In this document: in pieces, positions 9,963 through 20,734 of the stretch | Position numbering within the stretch: the stretch's first letter is position 1 | Layout: the number at the start of each line of letters is the position of its first letter | NCBI GenBank assembly: GCA_963843795.1 | Contig: CAWJLW010000006.1 | Location: 434,001-498,000, forward strand | Direction: 5' to 3' | DNA length: 64,000 nt | Source: an uncultured bacterium | GTDB taxonomy: Bacteria > Armatimonadota > Abditibacteriia > Abditibacteriales > Abditibacteriaceae | The notes under the pieces: model-generated | What the model was told of the DNA's origin: nothing | What the model saw: only the letters and a program-made list of their open reading frames with translations | Database searches by the model: none | Program-made: the position numbers and the translations under genes

Positions 9963-11453
9963 ATGTTTCTTTCCAATCTTCGTGTCTCAATTTTGTTTTG
10001 CCTCTTGCTGAACTTATCTTTGGCTGCGTTTGCTCAACAGCCTCCTTATCCGCTGGGGTCGATTAAGCCCTTTGATCCTTCGATCGAAAGCGCGCCGGAA
10101 ACCCCTGCGCCGCGCGATTTCATTCGTCCTTTAGCCAAATTCGAGCCGCAGAATGGTTGTTACATCGGTGCGTTTATCGAGAACGATTACACGGTGCAGG
10201 GCGATATCGGCGCGTGGGAGCAGATGACGCGGAAAAAGCACGCCAGCTATTTCACCTATGTCGGTTATGGTCGCCCGTTTCCGCAAGCGTGGGTCGGGAA
10301 AGTGAAAGCGGCCGGAGCTGCGCCGCACATCGCGTTCGAGCCGAATAACGGTTTGGCCGAAGTGGAAGATGGTCCGTATTTGCGGGCGTGGGCGCGCGAT
10401 GCGGCGCGTTCGAAATGCCCGATTTTCTTGCGCTGGGCGAGCGAAATGAACGGCAAAACCTGGACGGCGTATGGCGGCGATGCCGAAGTTTATATCGAGA
10501 AATTCCGTTTGATTTCCAAAATCATGCGCGAGGAAGCGCCCAATGTGGCGATGGTGTGGACGCCGTTCGCCGAGCCCGAAAGCACGATCAACAGCTATTA
10601 TCCGGGCGATGAATGGGTCGATTGGGTCGGCGTCAATATTTACGCGGTTTACGTCAACGATGGCGATCCGCTGCGTCCGGCGGCGCAAAAAGATATTCTC
10701 AAAGGCTTGCGCTTTATGGAAGCCAATTACGGTGCACGCAAGCCAATTCACGTTTCCGAATTCGCCGCCACAATTTATTGCAAGGGCAGCGCAGCCGATA
10801 CGGTTGATTTTGCCATCGCGCGCATGAACACGTTTTACGGCGCGATTCGCGACCAGTTTCCCGATGTCAAAGCTGTGAACTGGTTCTGCTGGGACACGAT
10901 TCGCGCCAACCACCGCAACAATAATTACTCTATTATCGACGATGGCCGCGCGCTCGCCGCTTATCGAAAAGTCGTCGCCGATCCGTATTTTCTGCCCAAC
11001 GTTGCTTACGACGCCACGCAGTGGCCCAGCGTCACCAAAGGCGGTACGACATTGGGCGATAACGGAATCACGCTGCACGCCGGAACCGGCATGAACGCCG
11101 AAGAAATTCTGCAAAACGCCGGTGCCAACGGCGGCGATGCGGCTCCAAACCGGCCAACCGGCGCGCCAACTGTCAACCTCAGCAAACCGATTGTGCTGGG
11201 CGTGGTTCAAAGCCAACAGATTCACGGCCCGCTGGAACTGCGCGTGCAACTGCCGCCCAACGTTTCGCCGCGCAGCCTGATGTGGCAAATTGATGGACGC
11301 ACCGTTTCGATGACCAATGTGCGACCGTATAGCTTGTATCTTCCGGCGCGCCGTTTGATGCCCGGTTTCCACTCCGTGCGCGCCGTCGCCCATTTCGATG
11401 GCGATACGCCGGAAATCAGTTCCTCGGATGTTGAATTTGAAATTATGGATTGA
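9963..11453 (+). CDS. Secreted GH26-family glycoside hydrolase with C-terminal Ig-like domain
   Basis: FLRWASEMNG, YYPGDEWVDWVG, KPIHVSEF motifs; signal peptide. Confidence 0.8.
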   Translation: MFLSNLRVSILFCLLLNLSLAAFAQQPPYPLGSIKPFDPSIESAPETPAPRDFIRPLAKFEPQNGCYIGAFIENDYTVQGDIGAWEQMTRKKHASYFTYVGYGRPFPQAWVGKVKAAGAAPHIAFEPNNGLAEVEDGPYLRAWARDAARSKCPIFLRWASEMNGKTWTAYGGDAEVYIEKFRLISKIMREEAPNVAMVWTPFAEPESTINSYYPGDEWVDWVGVNIYAVYVNDGDPLRPAAQKDILKGLRFMEANYGARKPIHVSEFAATIYCKGSAADTVDFAIARMNTFYGAIRDQFPDVKAVNWFCWDTIRANHRNNNYSIIDDGRALAAYRKVVADPYFLPNVAYDATQWPSVTKGGTTLGDNGITLHAGTGMNAEEILQNAGANGGDAAPNRPTGAPTVNLSKPIVLGVVQSQQIHGPLELRVQLPPNVSPRSLMWQIDGRTVSMTNVRPYSLYLPARRLMPGFHSVRAVAHFDGDTPEISSSDVEFEIMD

Positions 11454-11463
11454 AGATGTCGAA

Positions 11464-11493
11464 AAGCGCGCTGCAAGTACTTGCAGGGCGCTT
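11464..11493. terminator. Palindrome-centred hairpin between convergent GH26 and GH127 genes
   Basis: AAGCGCGCTGCAAGTACTTGCAGGGCGCTT (one mismatch). Confidence 0.6.
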
Positions 11494-11515
11494 CAGATTT
11501 TTCAGGAATGCAATT

Positions 11516-13891
11516 TTATTGCGCCCACGCTTGTAATTCTGCGCAGGAGGAAAACGCTTGCTGTGGGGAAGTGCCGCTGGCAGGAACGCCAACGATGCGC
11601 AGGGCGCTTAGGGTTTGTGGCCTTGGCAGAATCAAGGTGAATAATTGGCCGTCTTGCAGAGCGGCGGCGCTGGCAGAAGTTGTTGCAGGATAATCGTCGA
11701 GTGTATCGATGGTTCGCCATGTGTCGCTCGGCACATTTTTGATTTGTAATTGCGGCTTGCCAAAAGCGGTCGAGCTATCGAACCAGCCTCCATCGGGAAA
11801 ACTGTGCCCATGCGCAAAGACAACACGCTGCACAACGATCGGCGCGTCGAAAGTCAGGGCATACCAATCGGTCTCACTTTTAACATTGTCGAAGGTGACT
11901 GCATAGGTACTGGTATCGCCATCGTTGATATCGCCTGCCACATTACCCTCGCGTGAGCGCGAGGGCGTGCCGATAAGTCCCCTGTGAGGCAGCGCTTGCG
12001 GCGTCCAAAGCCAAATCGCGAAACGTCCATTATTGCCTGCTTCTGCAAAAGGAATCAGAGTGGCAGGGCGTAGTGTGGTTGCCTTGGAAGTGAGCAATGA
12101 AGTTTTGAAAATCAAAGGTTCTACGGCATTAGGTAATTGCGTTTGGGCGGGCAAAAGCATAACTGGTGTAGTAGGAGCGAGGGCAAGGCCGCGAAAAGTG
12201 GGCAGAGTTGGGTTGAGCTTTTCTTCAAAGGCCAAAACCAGAGGACCCCACAGCAGCGCGTCGTGGCCTTCATTGGAATGCTCGCCCGCAATCTGGCGCG
12301 ATTGCATCTGAAAATCGAGCTCGATGCGGTCGCCATTTTGCCAACGCTGCGGTTTTAACACCAGCCATCCGTTTTCCAAACGCGCGTTTGAGTTTTGTTT
12401 CTGCCTGTTGCCGATCTTGCGCAAATTCATCGGTAGTGCCCATTGCGGCGCGCGCACTTTGAAACCGAAGATAGCGGGTTTCGAGAGTTGCAGCGTCCAT
12501 GTGGAATGACCGACGCGTGGAAAGTCACTGTGCTGTTGTATCGTGACGCTCTGACCGTTTAACACAAGTTGCGTGCGCGAAGATTCAAAAATATTAACTG
12601 CCACGCCTTGATTTTTATCGTCTTGCAAGTACTTGCAGGTAGCGAGAAGCGGCAATAACGCCATACCGCGCGGTCCGCTTGACAGACAGCAACTGGTGCG
12701 GTTGCTGAGCGGCTTTATGCCTTCAAGAGGTGTGTAATAACACCACAACGTGCCGTCGGTGCTTTGTGCAGCAGCCAGATGATTATAAAACGAGCGCTCG
12801 AGTTCATCACCATAACGCGCGTCGCCGGTAAGGCGTAACAGTTGGGCGTTCAGCTGAATCCACGTCACTGTGACGCAGGTTTCGCCCACATTGGCACCTG
12901 CGGTGTTGGGCAGTTCATCAGGCGTGCCAAAGTGCTCGCGGTGACTCGTCGTGCCGGTGATATATAATTGATGCGTCACGATGTCGTGCCAGGCATTGAT
13001 AACGGGTACCAATAAAGTTTTATCGCCGGTTGCGCGCGCGAGTTCGCATAACCCGACTAAATTCGATAGCATTTCGTACGACTTGCCGTTGGCCGTTTGA
13101 TCGACGCGCTTACCGTTTTGCAAATCACTTAGCAAATGCGGCCCATGCGGCTCCTCCCAAGAGCGCACAATATAACGCGCGAACTCTAAATATTTAGAGT
13201 CACCGGTCGCGCGGTATAGCAAAACCATCGGCTCTAAAACGCTGGTCGAAGCCATGCCGACGTGCATACCCGCATCGACGATGCTTTTGCGCGTGGGGAA
13301 GGTAGCAACAAGCAAATCGCCGATTCGGCGACATGCTTGCAGCGCGGGCCGATTGCCGGTGTAACGAGCGTAGGTGATCAGCCCAATCAAATCGTATTTG
13401 TGCACCCACACATCCCAACTCGTCCACTGCTGAGCGTGCTCATAAGTCCCCAGATAACCATCATCTTCCTGAGTTTTAAGCAATCGCGTCACTATGCGAT
13501 CGAGTTTGGTTTTCAAAGCGGCATCGCCGGTATAGCGCCATGCCAACGTCGCGGCGTGTAGAAATTTGCCGACGTGCTCGCCCTGCCAATCCTGATGCTC
13601 TACTTCGCGCCGTTCGAAAGCATCCAATAAATCGTTCTCGTCCACAGCCAACAAACGATTCCGCTCGCTGTTCACCACACGCTGTCCAAGATAGCCTTCC
13701 AGATGTACCTGCCAAGGCTCGGGCAGTTGCACTACGTCCGGCAAACGCGCCGCGACCGCATCCGAAAGTGCTGATGGAAACGCAGAGGGCAACACTTGCG
13801 ACGTTTCAAGAGGACCAGCCACTACAGGCAACGGCGACACGAAAGTGATAATCGTGGCCAGACAAAGCAGGAATCTGCAAAAGTGTGTCAT
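11516..13891 (-). CDS. GH127/GH146-type beta-L-arabinofuranosidase (DUF1680) with extra C-terminal domain
   Basis: WQGEHVGK, ETC, SCC Zn/Cys motifs, W.NGD.I.L.F.M, GPLVLA. Confidence 0.85.
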   Translation of the reverse strand: MTHFCRFLLCLATIITFVSPLPVVAGPLETSQVLPSAFPSALSDAVAARLPDVVQLPEPWQVHLEGYLGQRVVNSERNRLLAVDENDLLDAFERREVEHQDWQGEHVGKFLHAATLAWRYTGDAALKTKLDRIVTRLLKTQEDDGYLGTYEHAQQWTSWDVWVHKYDLIGLITYARYTGNRPALQACRRIGDLLVATFPTRKSIVDAGMHVGMASTSVLEPMVLLYRATGDSKYLEFARYIVRSWEEPHGPHLLSDLQNGKRVDQTANGKSYEMLSNLVGLCELARATGDKTLLVPVINAWHDIVTHQLYITGTTSHREHFGTPDELPNTAGANVGETCVTVTWIQLNAQLLRLTGDARYGDELERSFYNHLAAAQSTDGTLWCYYTPLEGIKPLSNRTSCCLSSGPRGMALLPLLATCKYLQDDKNQGVAVNIFESSRTQLVLNGQSVTIQQHSDFPRVGHSTWTLQLSKPAIFGFKVRAPQWALPMNLRKIGNRQKQNSNARLENGWLVLKPQRWQNGDRIELDFQMQSRQIAGEHSNEGHDALLWGPLVLAFEEKLNPTLPTFRGLALAPTTPVMLLPAQTQLPNAVEPLIFKTSLLTSKATTLRPATLIPFAEAGNNGRFAIWLWTPQALPHRGLIGTPSRSREGNVAGDINDGDTSTYAVTFDNVKSETDWYALTFDAPIVVQRVVFAHGHSFPDGGWFDSSTAFGKPQLQIKNVPSDTWRTIDTLDDYPATTSASAAALQDGQLFTLILPRPQTLSALRIVGVPASGTSPQQAFSSCAELQAWAQ

Positions 13892-14029
13892 AGAAAATCA
13901 AATTAGACTGCACATGCAATTCTTGTTTCGCGCTGAGATAAGATGATTGCAAAAATGCCCTCCCGAATTTTCAAGAAGGCGCTGTGCGCAAAGCGCATCG
14001 GATGCGCTTTTATCGTTTCTCAAACAGAT

Positions 14030-14938
14030 TTATTTCTTCGCTTGCAAAGCCAGCGCTTTCCAAATCAGTGGCGTGTCGTTGCTGATGATTCCATCGACGC
14101 CCAAGGCGATTAATTTTTGCGCTTTTTCGACATCGTTAATGGTGTAAACCCACACTTTGAAACCGCGACGATGCGCTTCGTCGATGCTTTCGCGCGTCAA
14201 TTGATCGTTCCAGCCCACGACGCGCGCGCCAGTTTTCTGGATGGCGTCGAGATAATTTGGGGCCAGAACTTTCTCTTCTGGTTTCAAATTTTTGCCTTCG
14301 AAATTCGATGGCGGGCCGAGCGCGCCCAGCACCAAATCGGGCGCTATTTGGTGGCAATCGCTCAGAAAATTCCAATCGAATGCTTGCACAATAACGGTAT
14401 TCATGGCGTTCTTTTCGCGCAGTAATTTCGCGAGTGTCGCCGCGTCGCCGCCTTTACGTTCGATGAGCGTAACCGAATCGCGATTGATGAGGTCGATGGA
14501 TTCGCTCAGCGTCGGCAGCTTGGTTCCGACGTAGCGATTTGAAAACCATTTGCCCGCGTCCAAAGTCGCGAGTTCGGCTGCGGTTTTGTCGTGCGTCGTG
14601 AGCTTGTCTTTGCCCCAGCGCGCGCCCGCATCAGTCGTGCGGTCGAGCGTTTTGTCGTGCAGCACGACCGGAACCTCATCGGCGCTGTGGTAATAATCGA
14701 GTTCGATTAAATCGGCTCCGGCGCGCGCCGCCAGCTCGAACGACGCCAGCGTGTTTTCGGGCGCGATGGCCGAATAGCCGCGATGCGCGATAACCAACAC
14801 GCGCGGCGCGGCCAGCAATTCTTGAGCAGTCGGAATCGTTGTCTTTGGCATTTTTGGTTCGGGCGCGGCAGAAATTGCTGCCGCGAAAGTGGCTGTTGTC
14901 GCCAGCAAAAGTGCTGAAGGAAAAATGGGAAATCGCAT
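14030..14938 (-). CDS. Glycerophosphodiester phosphodiesterase
   Basis: IAHRG...APENT, IELD, HD.TLDRTT, GVDGII; signal peptide. Confidence 0.92.
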   Translation of the reverse strand: MRFPIFPSALLLATTATFAAAISAAPEPKMPKTTIPTAQELLAAPRVLVIAHRGYSAIAPENTLASFELAARAGADLIELDYYHSADEVPVVLHDKTLDRTTDAGARWGKDKLTTHDKTAAELATLDAGKWFSNRYVGTKLPTLSESIDLINRDSVTLIERKGGDAATLAKLLREKNAMNTVIVQAFDWNFLSDCHQIAPDLVLGALGPPSNFEGKNLKPEEKVLAPNYLDAIQKTGARVVGWNDQLTRESIDEAHRRGFKVWVYTINDVEKAQKLIALGVDGIISNDTPLIWKALALQAKK

Positions 14939-15045
14939 AAATTTATCTCTTGGAGCTGAAAGTCTTTGGTGTCGCTTCTACAAGCAAAGTTGCGAATAGT
15001 TCACAAAGTGTTGTTTAAAGGCGCATTAAACGCGAAATTAACGTG

Positions 15046-15083
15046 CAAAAAGCGCGCTGCAAGTACTTGCAGCGCGCTTTTTG
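15046..15083 (-). terminator. 38-bp perfect palindrome downstream of putA
   Basis: CAAAAAGCGCGCTGCAAGT|ACTTGCAGCGCGCTTTTTG; T runs on both strands. Confidence 0.75.
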
Positions 15084-15094
15084 TTTGCCTCGAA

Positions 15095-18000
15095 TCAATC
15101 GGGTTTTTTCGACAGCGCGTGGCGCGTCGGCGGCAGCCATTCCGAGATTTGGCCGTAGCGATGGCGCGTTTGCGAAATCGCTTGTTCGTGCAGCCAGAAG
15201 CGCAGCTCCAAGCGTCCGCTGTGCGTGAGCGGCGCTTGAATCCAATTCAAATCGAGTTCATACGCCGCGCGCAAAACATCGTCGCTGGGCGTTTCGGTCG
15301 TGCGCAGAAACTCGGCGTTCTTCATCAATTCCGGCAAACGCGCGATGAAAGATTGGTCGCTTTCTTCGCTTTGCAAGCTGATCGTCAGATTTACGCCGGT
15401 GATTTTCGCCGCGAGTTTGGCGCGCTCGATAGTCGTTGCGTCATCGTTTTGCAAACGCAAAATCACGCCGCGACTGGGGCGATAGCGGAAAACGTTGCTT
15501 TCGCAGTGCAAGCCCGAAGGATCGTGATTGACGGAAAAATGCTCATCCCACGCGCGCTGATAATTCTGCTCGACTTCGGAAATTGGAAATTCGCGCGCAT
15601 CGGTCAGGTGGCAGAAATTGAAAACGTAGTTCGGGCCGCCGGCTTTGGCGCCCGGACCGATGCTCGATTGCTTCCAGCCGCCGAACGGTTGGCGCTGGAC
15701 AATCGCGCCCGTGATGTGGCGATTGATATACAAATTGCCGGCTTGCACTTTGTCGCGCCACAGGCCAATTTCCTGCGGGTCGAGCGAATGAATGCCCGCT
15801 GTGAGGCCGAACGCGGTCGCGTTTTGCCATTCGATGGCTTGCTCCAGCGAATTGGCGCGCATCAAACCCAAGACCGGCCCGAAACATTCGGTTTTGTGAA
15901 ACCACGAACCGGCGCGCACGCCCAACTTGATGCCCGGACTCCACGAACATGCATCGTCGCCGATTTGCTGCGGCTCCAATAGCCATTCTTCGCCCGCTTC
16001 GAGCGTGGTCAAAGCGCGCTGCAAATTCGGATTTGGCTCTTGAATCGTCGGCGTCACGACGTTGCGCGCATCGGTGGCGGGGCCAGCGTGTAAGGCTTTT
16101 GGCGGCGTCGCGCAGTTGACGGCGGAAATCGGGGTCGTCGTAAACCTCGGCTTCCAAAATTCCCAAACTCGCTGCCGAACATTTTTGTCCAGCGTGGCCA
16201 AACGCCGATTTCACCAAGTCTTTAATCGCGGCTTCGCGGTCGGATTGCGCGGTGATAACCAAGGCATTTTTGCCCGAAGTTTCGGCGAACAAACGCAAAT
16301 CGGGACGCCAGTTTTGGAACAGGCGCGCGGTTTCCAGCGAGCCGGTGAGAATGACCGAAGCCACGCGCTCGTCGCAAATCAAGGCTTTGCCGGTTTCGCC
16401 ATCGTCGCAGGGGAAGAATTGCAGCACGTCGCGCGGCACGCCCGCCTGCCACAACTGTTGTGCCAGCAGATGCGCGATGGCGACAGTTTCGGGCGCGGGC
16501 TTGAAAATGACCGTGTTGCCCGCCATCAGCGCGGCCAGCACGCCGCCGCACGGAATCGCATACGGAAAATTCCACGGCGGCGTCACGGCGACCACGCCCA
16601 ATGCTTTGGCTTCGATGCCTGCCGGAATTTCAAAATGCGCGTAATAGCGCGCGAAATCAATTGCTTCCGAAACTTCGGCGTCGGCTTCTTCGATGGCTTT
16701 TTTGGCCGTCGCGCGCATACACGCAATCGACTCGAAACGACTTTCGCTCATCACTTGCGCCGCCTGACGCAAAATAGCGCCGCGCTTTTCGATGCCCAAA
16801 TTTTCCCAGCCAACTTGCGATTTTTGCGCGGTTTGCAGCACGTCTTCCAAAGGTGGCAAAGTTTCCAGCGGCGCGGCTTGCCAGTTGTCAATGGCTTCCT
16901 GCAAGGACTTGCGCGTGGCCGGTTGCGTCCAATCGGAGTCTGGTTCGTTTTTGAATTCTTCGCTGTTGGCGGCGTCAATCGCGGGCTTCAAGCGGCGCGA
17001 GCGCGAGGAAACGTCGTGACGATTTTCCCAGCCTTCGGCAAAGGCGCGCGCCTGTTTTTCCCACGCTGCGGAACCGGGCGCAAGCGCGAACAAATCGTGC
17101 AAAAAGTTTTGCGGCGCGGTGTTTTCGTCCAAACGGCGAATCAGATAGGCCAGCGCGCTGAGAAAATCGTCGCGGCCCACGACCGGCGCATAAAGCAACA
17201 GTTCGCCCGCCGCATCGTGAACGGCGCGCGCCTGATGGTTCGCCATGCCTTCGAGCATTTCGATTTCGACGCGTTCGCGCACGCCAAATTGGTCGCGCAA
17301 AATCAAGGCAAGTGCGACATCGAACAGGTTATGGCTCGCCACGCCCACACGCGCGACCGCTGCGTTTTTCGGGCTGGCAGCCGAATTCCAGCATGCGGCG
17401 AAAGTTGGCGTCGGTTTCGGGTTTCGAAGCGTAAGGCGCGGCGTGCCAGCCGTGCAATTCGGCCTCGACGTTTTCCATCGCCAAATTCGCGCCTTTGACC
17501 AAACGAATTTTAATCGGCGCGCCGCCCTTTTCGACGCGCGCTTTGCGCCCATTCGACCAATTCTTGCTGCGCGCGCCACGAATCGGGCAAATAAGCTTGC
17601 AGCACAATGCCCGCTTCGAGCTGCTGGAATTCCGGCTTTTCCAAAGTTTCTTTGAAAACCGCAATGGTCAAAGCCAAATCGCGATATTCTTCCATATCCA
17701 AGTTGACGAACTTTTTTTCCGGCAAAGCCGCACGGTACAACTGGCGCAAGCGCGATTTGATTTCCCCAATGGTTTCGTCCCACGCCAGCAAGTGAATCTG
17801 ACTGTAAATCGCCGAAATCTTGATCGAAATGTAATTGATATCGGGCTGCGCGAGATATTTGAGCACGGTTTGAAAACGGTGCGCGGCTTCTTCTTCGCCC
17901 AGAACCGCTTCGCCCAAGTGATTCAAATTGATATCGAAACCGGCCTTGCGACGCGTCTGCAAGTACTTGCGCAGCGCTTTGTCTTCGCCGTCCAAAATCA

Positions 18001-18419
18001 CGCGCTCGGTTTCGCGCGCGCATGCGTTCTTCGACTTGCGGCATCACGATGCTGGGCACGACGACGCTGGCCGCGCCTCCCAAACCCATCAGCACGCGAT
18101 CCATGAGGGCGGGATATTGCGGCAAACCGAACTCCTTGAACAGTTCGCGCCAGCGTTCGGCCTGCACGCCGCGCTTGCTGGAACGAAAAACTTCATCGAC
18201 CATCGCGAACAAAAACGCTTTGCCGCGCGGGTCGTCCATCAAGCGCGCCATTTGCGCCGCTTCGCGCTTTTCATCGGCGTTTTGCTCGCTTTGCGCGCGC
18301 AATAATAAATGCTCGGCCAACGCGTTGACTTCGGATAGCAGCGCGGCATCGTGCGAAGAAGGCTCGGTAGAAAGCAAAGCGGTCGCGCTCATGGTGGTCA
18401 CTCCGTTTACTGGTGGCAT
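15095..18419 (-). CDS. putA: Bifunctional proline dehydrogenase / P5C dehydrogenase PutA, with 4 apparent frameshifts
   Basis: PRODH motifs (NLNHLGE, NLDMEEY, GIVLQAYL, IRLVKGAN, ASHN, YLIRRLDEN) and ALDH motifs (PWNFP, ETSGKNA, GQKCSA, ECFGPVL, QPFGG) are spread over ORFs 15543-18419, 17510-18001, 17329-17664 and 15095-16201. Confidence 0.9.
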
Positions 18420-18597
18420 CGACGTTTTTATCGCCAGATGATAAATGTCGCTGCACTAAATTTTACCAATAAACTTCGCACGTTCTGAGCTTCTCGGCGC
18501 TCCGAATGGATAGAAATTCGCAGCAAGAGTTCGCGGTTTTGGTTGTGAGTTGTAACCTGTTCGTTACTTAACGCTGTTGCAAGTACTTGCAGCAACA

Positions 18598-18633
18598 AAA
18601 AACGCCTTCCCGAAATTTCGGGAAGGCGTTTTT
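18598..18633 (-). terminator. Perfect palindrome terminator downstream of the GH2 gene (core CGAAATTTCG)
   Basis: AAAAACGCCTTCCCGAAA|TTTCGGGAAGGCGTTTTT. Confidence 0.75.
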
Positions 18634-18665
18634 GCATTAAACGCAGCTGCAAGTACTCGGCGGCG

Positions 18666-20615
18666 TTATTTGTCTTGATTTTCAATCGCGGCGGGACGAA
18701 TTTGGCTGCTGCGGATGCGTTCGATATCGAACTTGTCGCTGCGGTCGAAGAAGTAAATTCCGTTGACTTCCTGATACACATCAGTCAGCTGCGTGTAGCA
18801 GTAGCCAAACATGTTCGGGTCGTCGAGAAGTACTTTGCACAGGCCATCGAAGCGCTCGTAGAAATCTTCAATTGTGCGCACCGGCTGGCCGTAACCCCAG
18901 TTGCCGCTGTCGTTGCGATTGGTTTGTTCGCCATCATCGCCTGTAATCGGCTCCCATTTGATGCCGCCAAACTCGGAAACAAAGAACGGTTGGCCTTTGT
19001 AGGGCGTGTTCATCGGACGATGGCCGCCGGTGTAATGCTTGTTCATGAACGGATTATCTTGGGCCAAACCTTTCTGGTTTTCCTTGAATTTATCCGGTTC
19101 CTGTTCGTAATCGTGGCAATCGTAAATGTCGGTTTCCAAGACGCGATGCGAATAGCCCGAAGCATCCAAAACCGGACGTGTTTTATCGGCAGTTTTGGCG
19201 CACAACCACAGGGCGCGCGTCGCGCTATCGAGCGAACGAATTTCGTCGGTCATTTCTTCCCAGGTTTCGTTGAGGGCGCACCAGCCGACGATTGAAGGCT
19301 TGGAATAATCGCGGTCCAGTACTTCCAACCACTGCGCGGCATAAGAAATATCGAAATACTGAGAGTTTTCTTCCGGCCCGCGACCGACACGACAGCCCCA
19401 ATCGGCGAATTCGCCCCAGCACAAATAACCCATGCGGTCGGCGTGGTATAAAAAGCGTTCTTCAAACACTTTCTGGTGCAAACGTGCGCCGTTGAAACCC
19501 GCCGCAATCGACAGCTCGATATCTTCAATCAATGCCTGATCGCTGGGTGCGGTGAAAATGCCGTCTTCGTAGAAACCCTGATCTAAAACCAGACGTTGAA
19601 ACACGGTTTCACCATTGATTTTAATCGCCTTGCCGTCAAGTGCAACCGAGCGCAAACCGGCGTAGCTTTTGACGGTATCGGTGACGGTTTCGCCGTCCAA
19701 TAATTCAATCTTCAAATCATAAAGAAAGCCGTCGCCAGCCTGCCACAAGTGCACGCGATCTTCGGGAATGCGAAAGGTGATTTGCGGTGCCATCGACACA
19801 TCGGCGCGCACAGTCAATGTTTCGATTTCGCCTTTGTCGTCGGAAATTGTCGCGCGCAGTTTCATGCCTTTGCGCACGTTTGAAAGCGGTTGTTCGAGCG
19901 TGATTGTGCAGCTGGAAACGTCGGGCGTAATTCGCGCACGCAACAAGTGAACTTCGGGCACGGGTTCGAGCCACACGGTTTGCCAGATTCCAGTCGTGCG
20001 GTAATACATGCAGCCGTGATTCTGATACAACTGCGACTGTTTGCCGCGCGGTTTGGGCGATTCCAAATCGTCTTGCGCACGGAGAACAATCGTGATTTCA
20101 TCGCCCGCTTTCACGCCGTCTAAAGGCACAGAAAATGGCGAGAAACCACCGCGATGCCTGCCAGCAGGAACATACGAGGCGGCTTTGATTTGTTCGCTGG
20201 TCATGCCCGTTGGCGTGGCTTTCAGAATTTTTGCTTTATCTTTGGATTCTGCTGCGAGCTTCTCTGCTGCTGCGATGGAAGCAGGCGAGCAAATCCAGAC
20301 AATCGCATCGTAATCGACCGCGCCGAAATGCAGAATGACTTTTTTGTCCGTCCATTCAGTTGGAATCGTCACGGTTTTGCGGTACCAAACGGCATTCATC
20401 TGATCGACGTTGTGAATGCCCGAAAGCGGCGATTCTGGGCAAAACGGCACGGTGATTTTGGAATTCAATTCGCGCTCGACCATTCCACGCGCCGCGCCGG
20501 TGTTTCCGGCATCAATTTCAAACTGCCATTCGCCATTGAGGCACAGCCAATCGGCACGCTCGAACTGCGGGCGCGGATATTCGGGACGTGGCATTGCATT
20601 GTTTTCTACTGCCAT
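18666..20615 (-). CDS. GH2 glycoside hydrolase (beta-galactosidase/glucuronidase-like)
   Basis: PRPEYPRPQF.R..W..LNG.W, LHFGAVD, GIWQTVWLE, LDQG, NE acid/base, SEFGG nucleophile, YTQLTDV. Confidence 0.9.
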   Translation of the reverse strand: MAVENNAMPRPEYPRPQFERADWLCLNGEWQFEIDAGNTGAARGMVERELNSKITVPFCPESPLSGIHNVDQMNAVWYRKTVTIPTEWTDKKVILHFGAVDYDAIVWICSPASIAAAEKLAAESKDKAKILKATPTGMTSEQIKAASYVPAGRHRGGFSPFSVPLDGVKAGDEITIVLRAQDDLESPKPRGKQSQLYQNHGCMYYRTTGIWQTVWLEPVPEVHLLRARITPDVSSCTITLEQPLSNVRKGMKLRATISDDKGEIETLTVRADVSMAPQITFRIPEDRVHLWQAGDGFLYDLKIELLDGETVTDTVKSYAGLRSVALDGKAIKINGETVFQRLVLDQGFYEDGIFTAPSDQALIEDIELSIAAGFNGARLHQKVFEERFLYHADRMGYLCWGEFADWGCRVGRGPEENSQYFDISYAAQWLEVLDRDYSKPSIVGWCALNETWEEMTDEIRSLDSATRALWLCAKTADKTRPVLDASGYSHRVLETDIYDCHDYEQEPDKFKENQKGLAQDNPFMNKHYTGGHRPMNTPYKGQPFFVSEFGGIKWEPITGDDGEQTNRNDSGNWGYGQPVRTIEDFYERFDGLCKVLLDDPNMFGYCYTQLTDVYQEVNGIYFFDRSDKFDIERIRSSQIRPAAIENQDK

Positions 20616-20672
20616 AAATTGGATTTCTCCTGAAATTAAACTGCAAGTACTTGCAGCGGTTTAACAACATGC

Positions 20673-20706
20673 CAAAGCGCCCTGCAAGTACTTGCAGGGC
20701 GCTTTG
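20673..20706 (-). terminator. 34-bp perfect palindrome downstream of the GH51 gene
   Basis: CAAAGCGCCCTGCAAGT|ACTTGCAGGGCGCTTTG. Confidence 0.65.
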
Positions 20707-20734
20707 AAGCTTATTCCTAAGTTTGAGTGAAGGA

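Noticed and set aside
10131..11393. Long antisense ORFs (e.g. 10131-11393, 14966-15982, 16062-17498, 40021-41079)
   Set aside because: They are shadows of well-supported genes on the opposite strand in GC-rich DNA and have no recognisable motifs.
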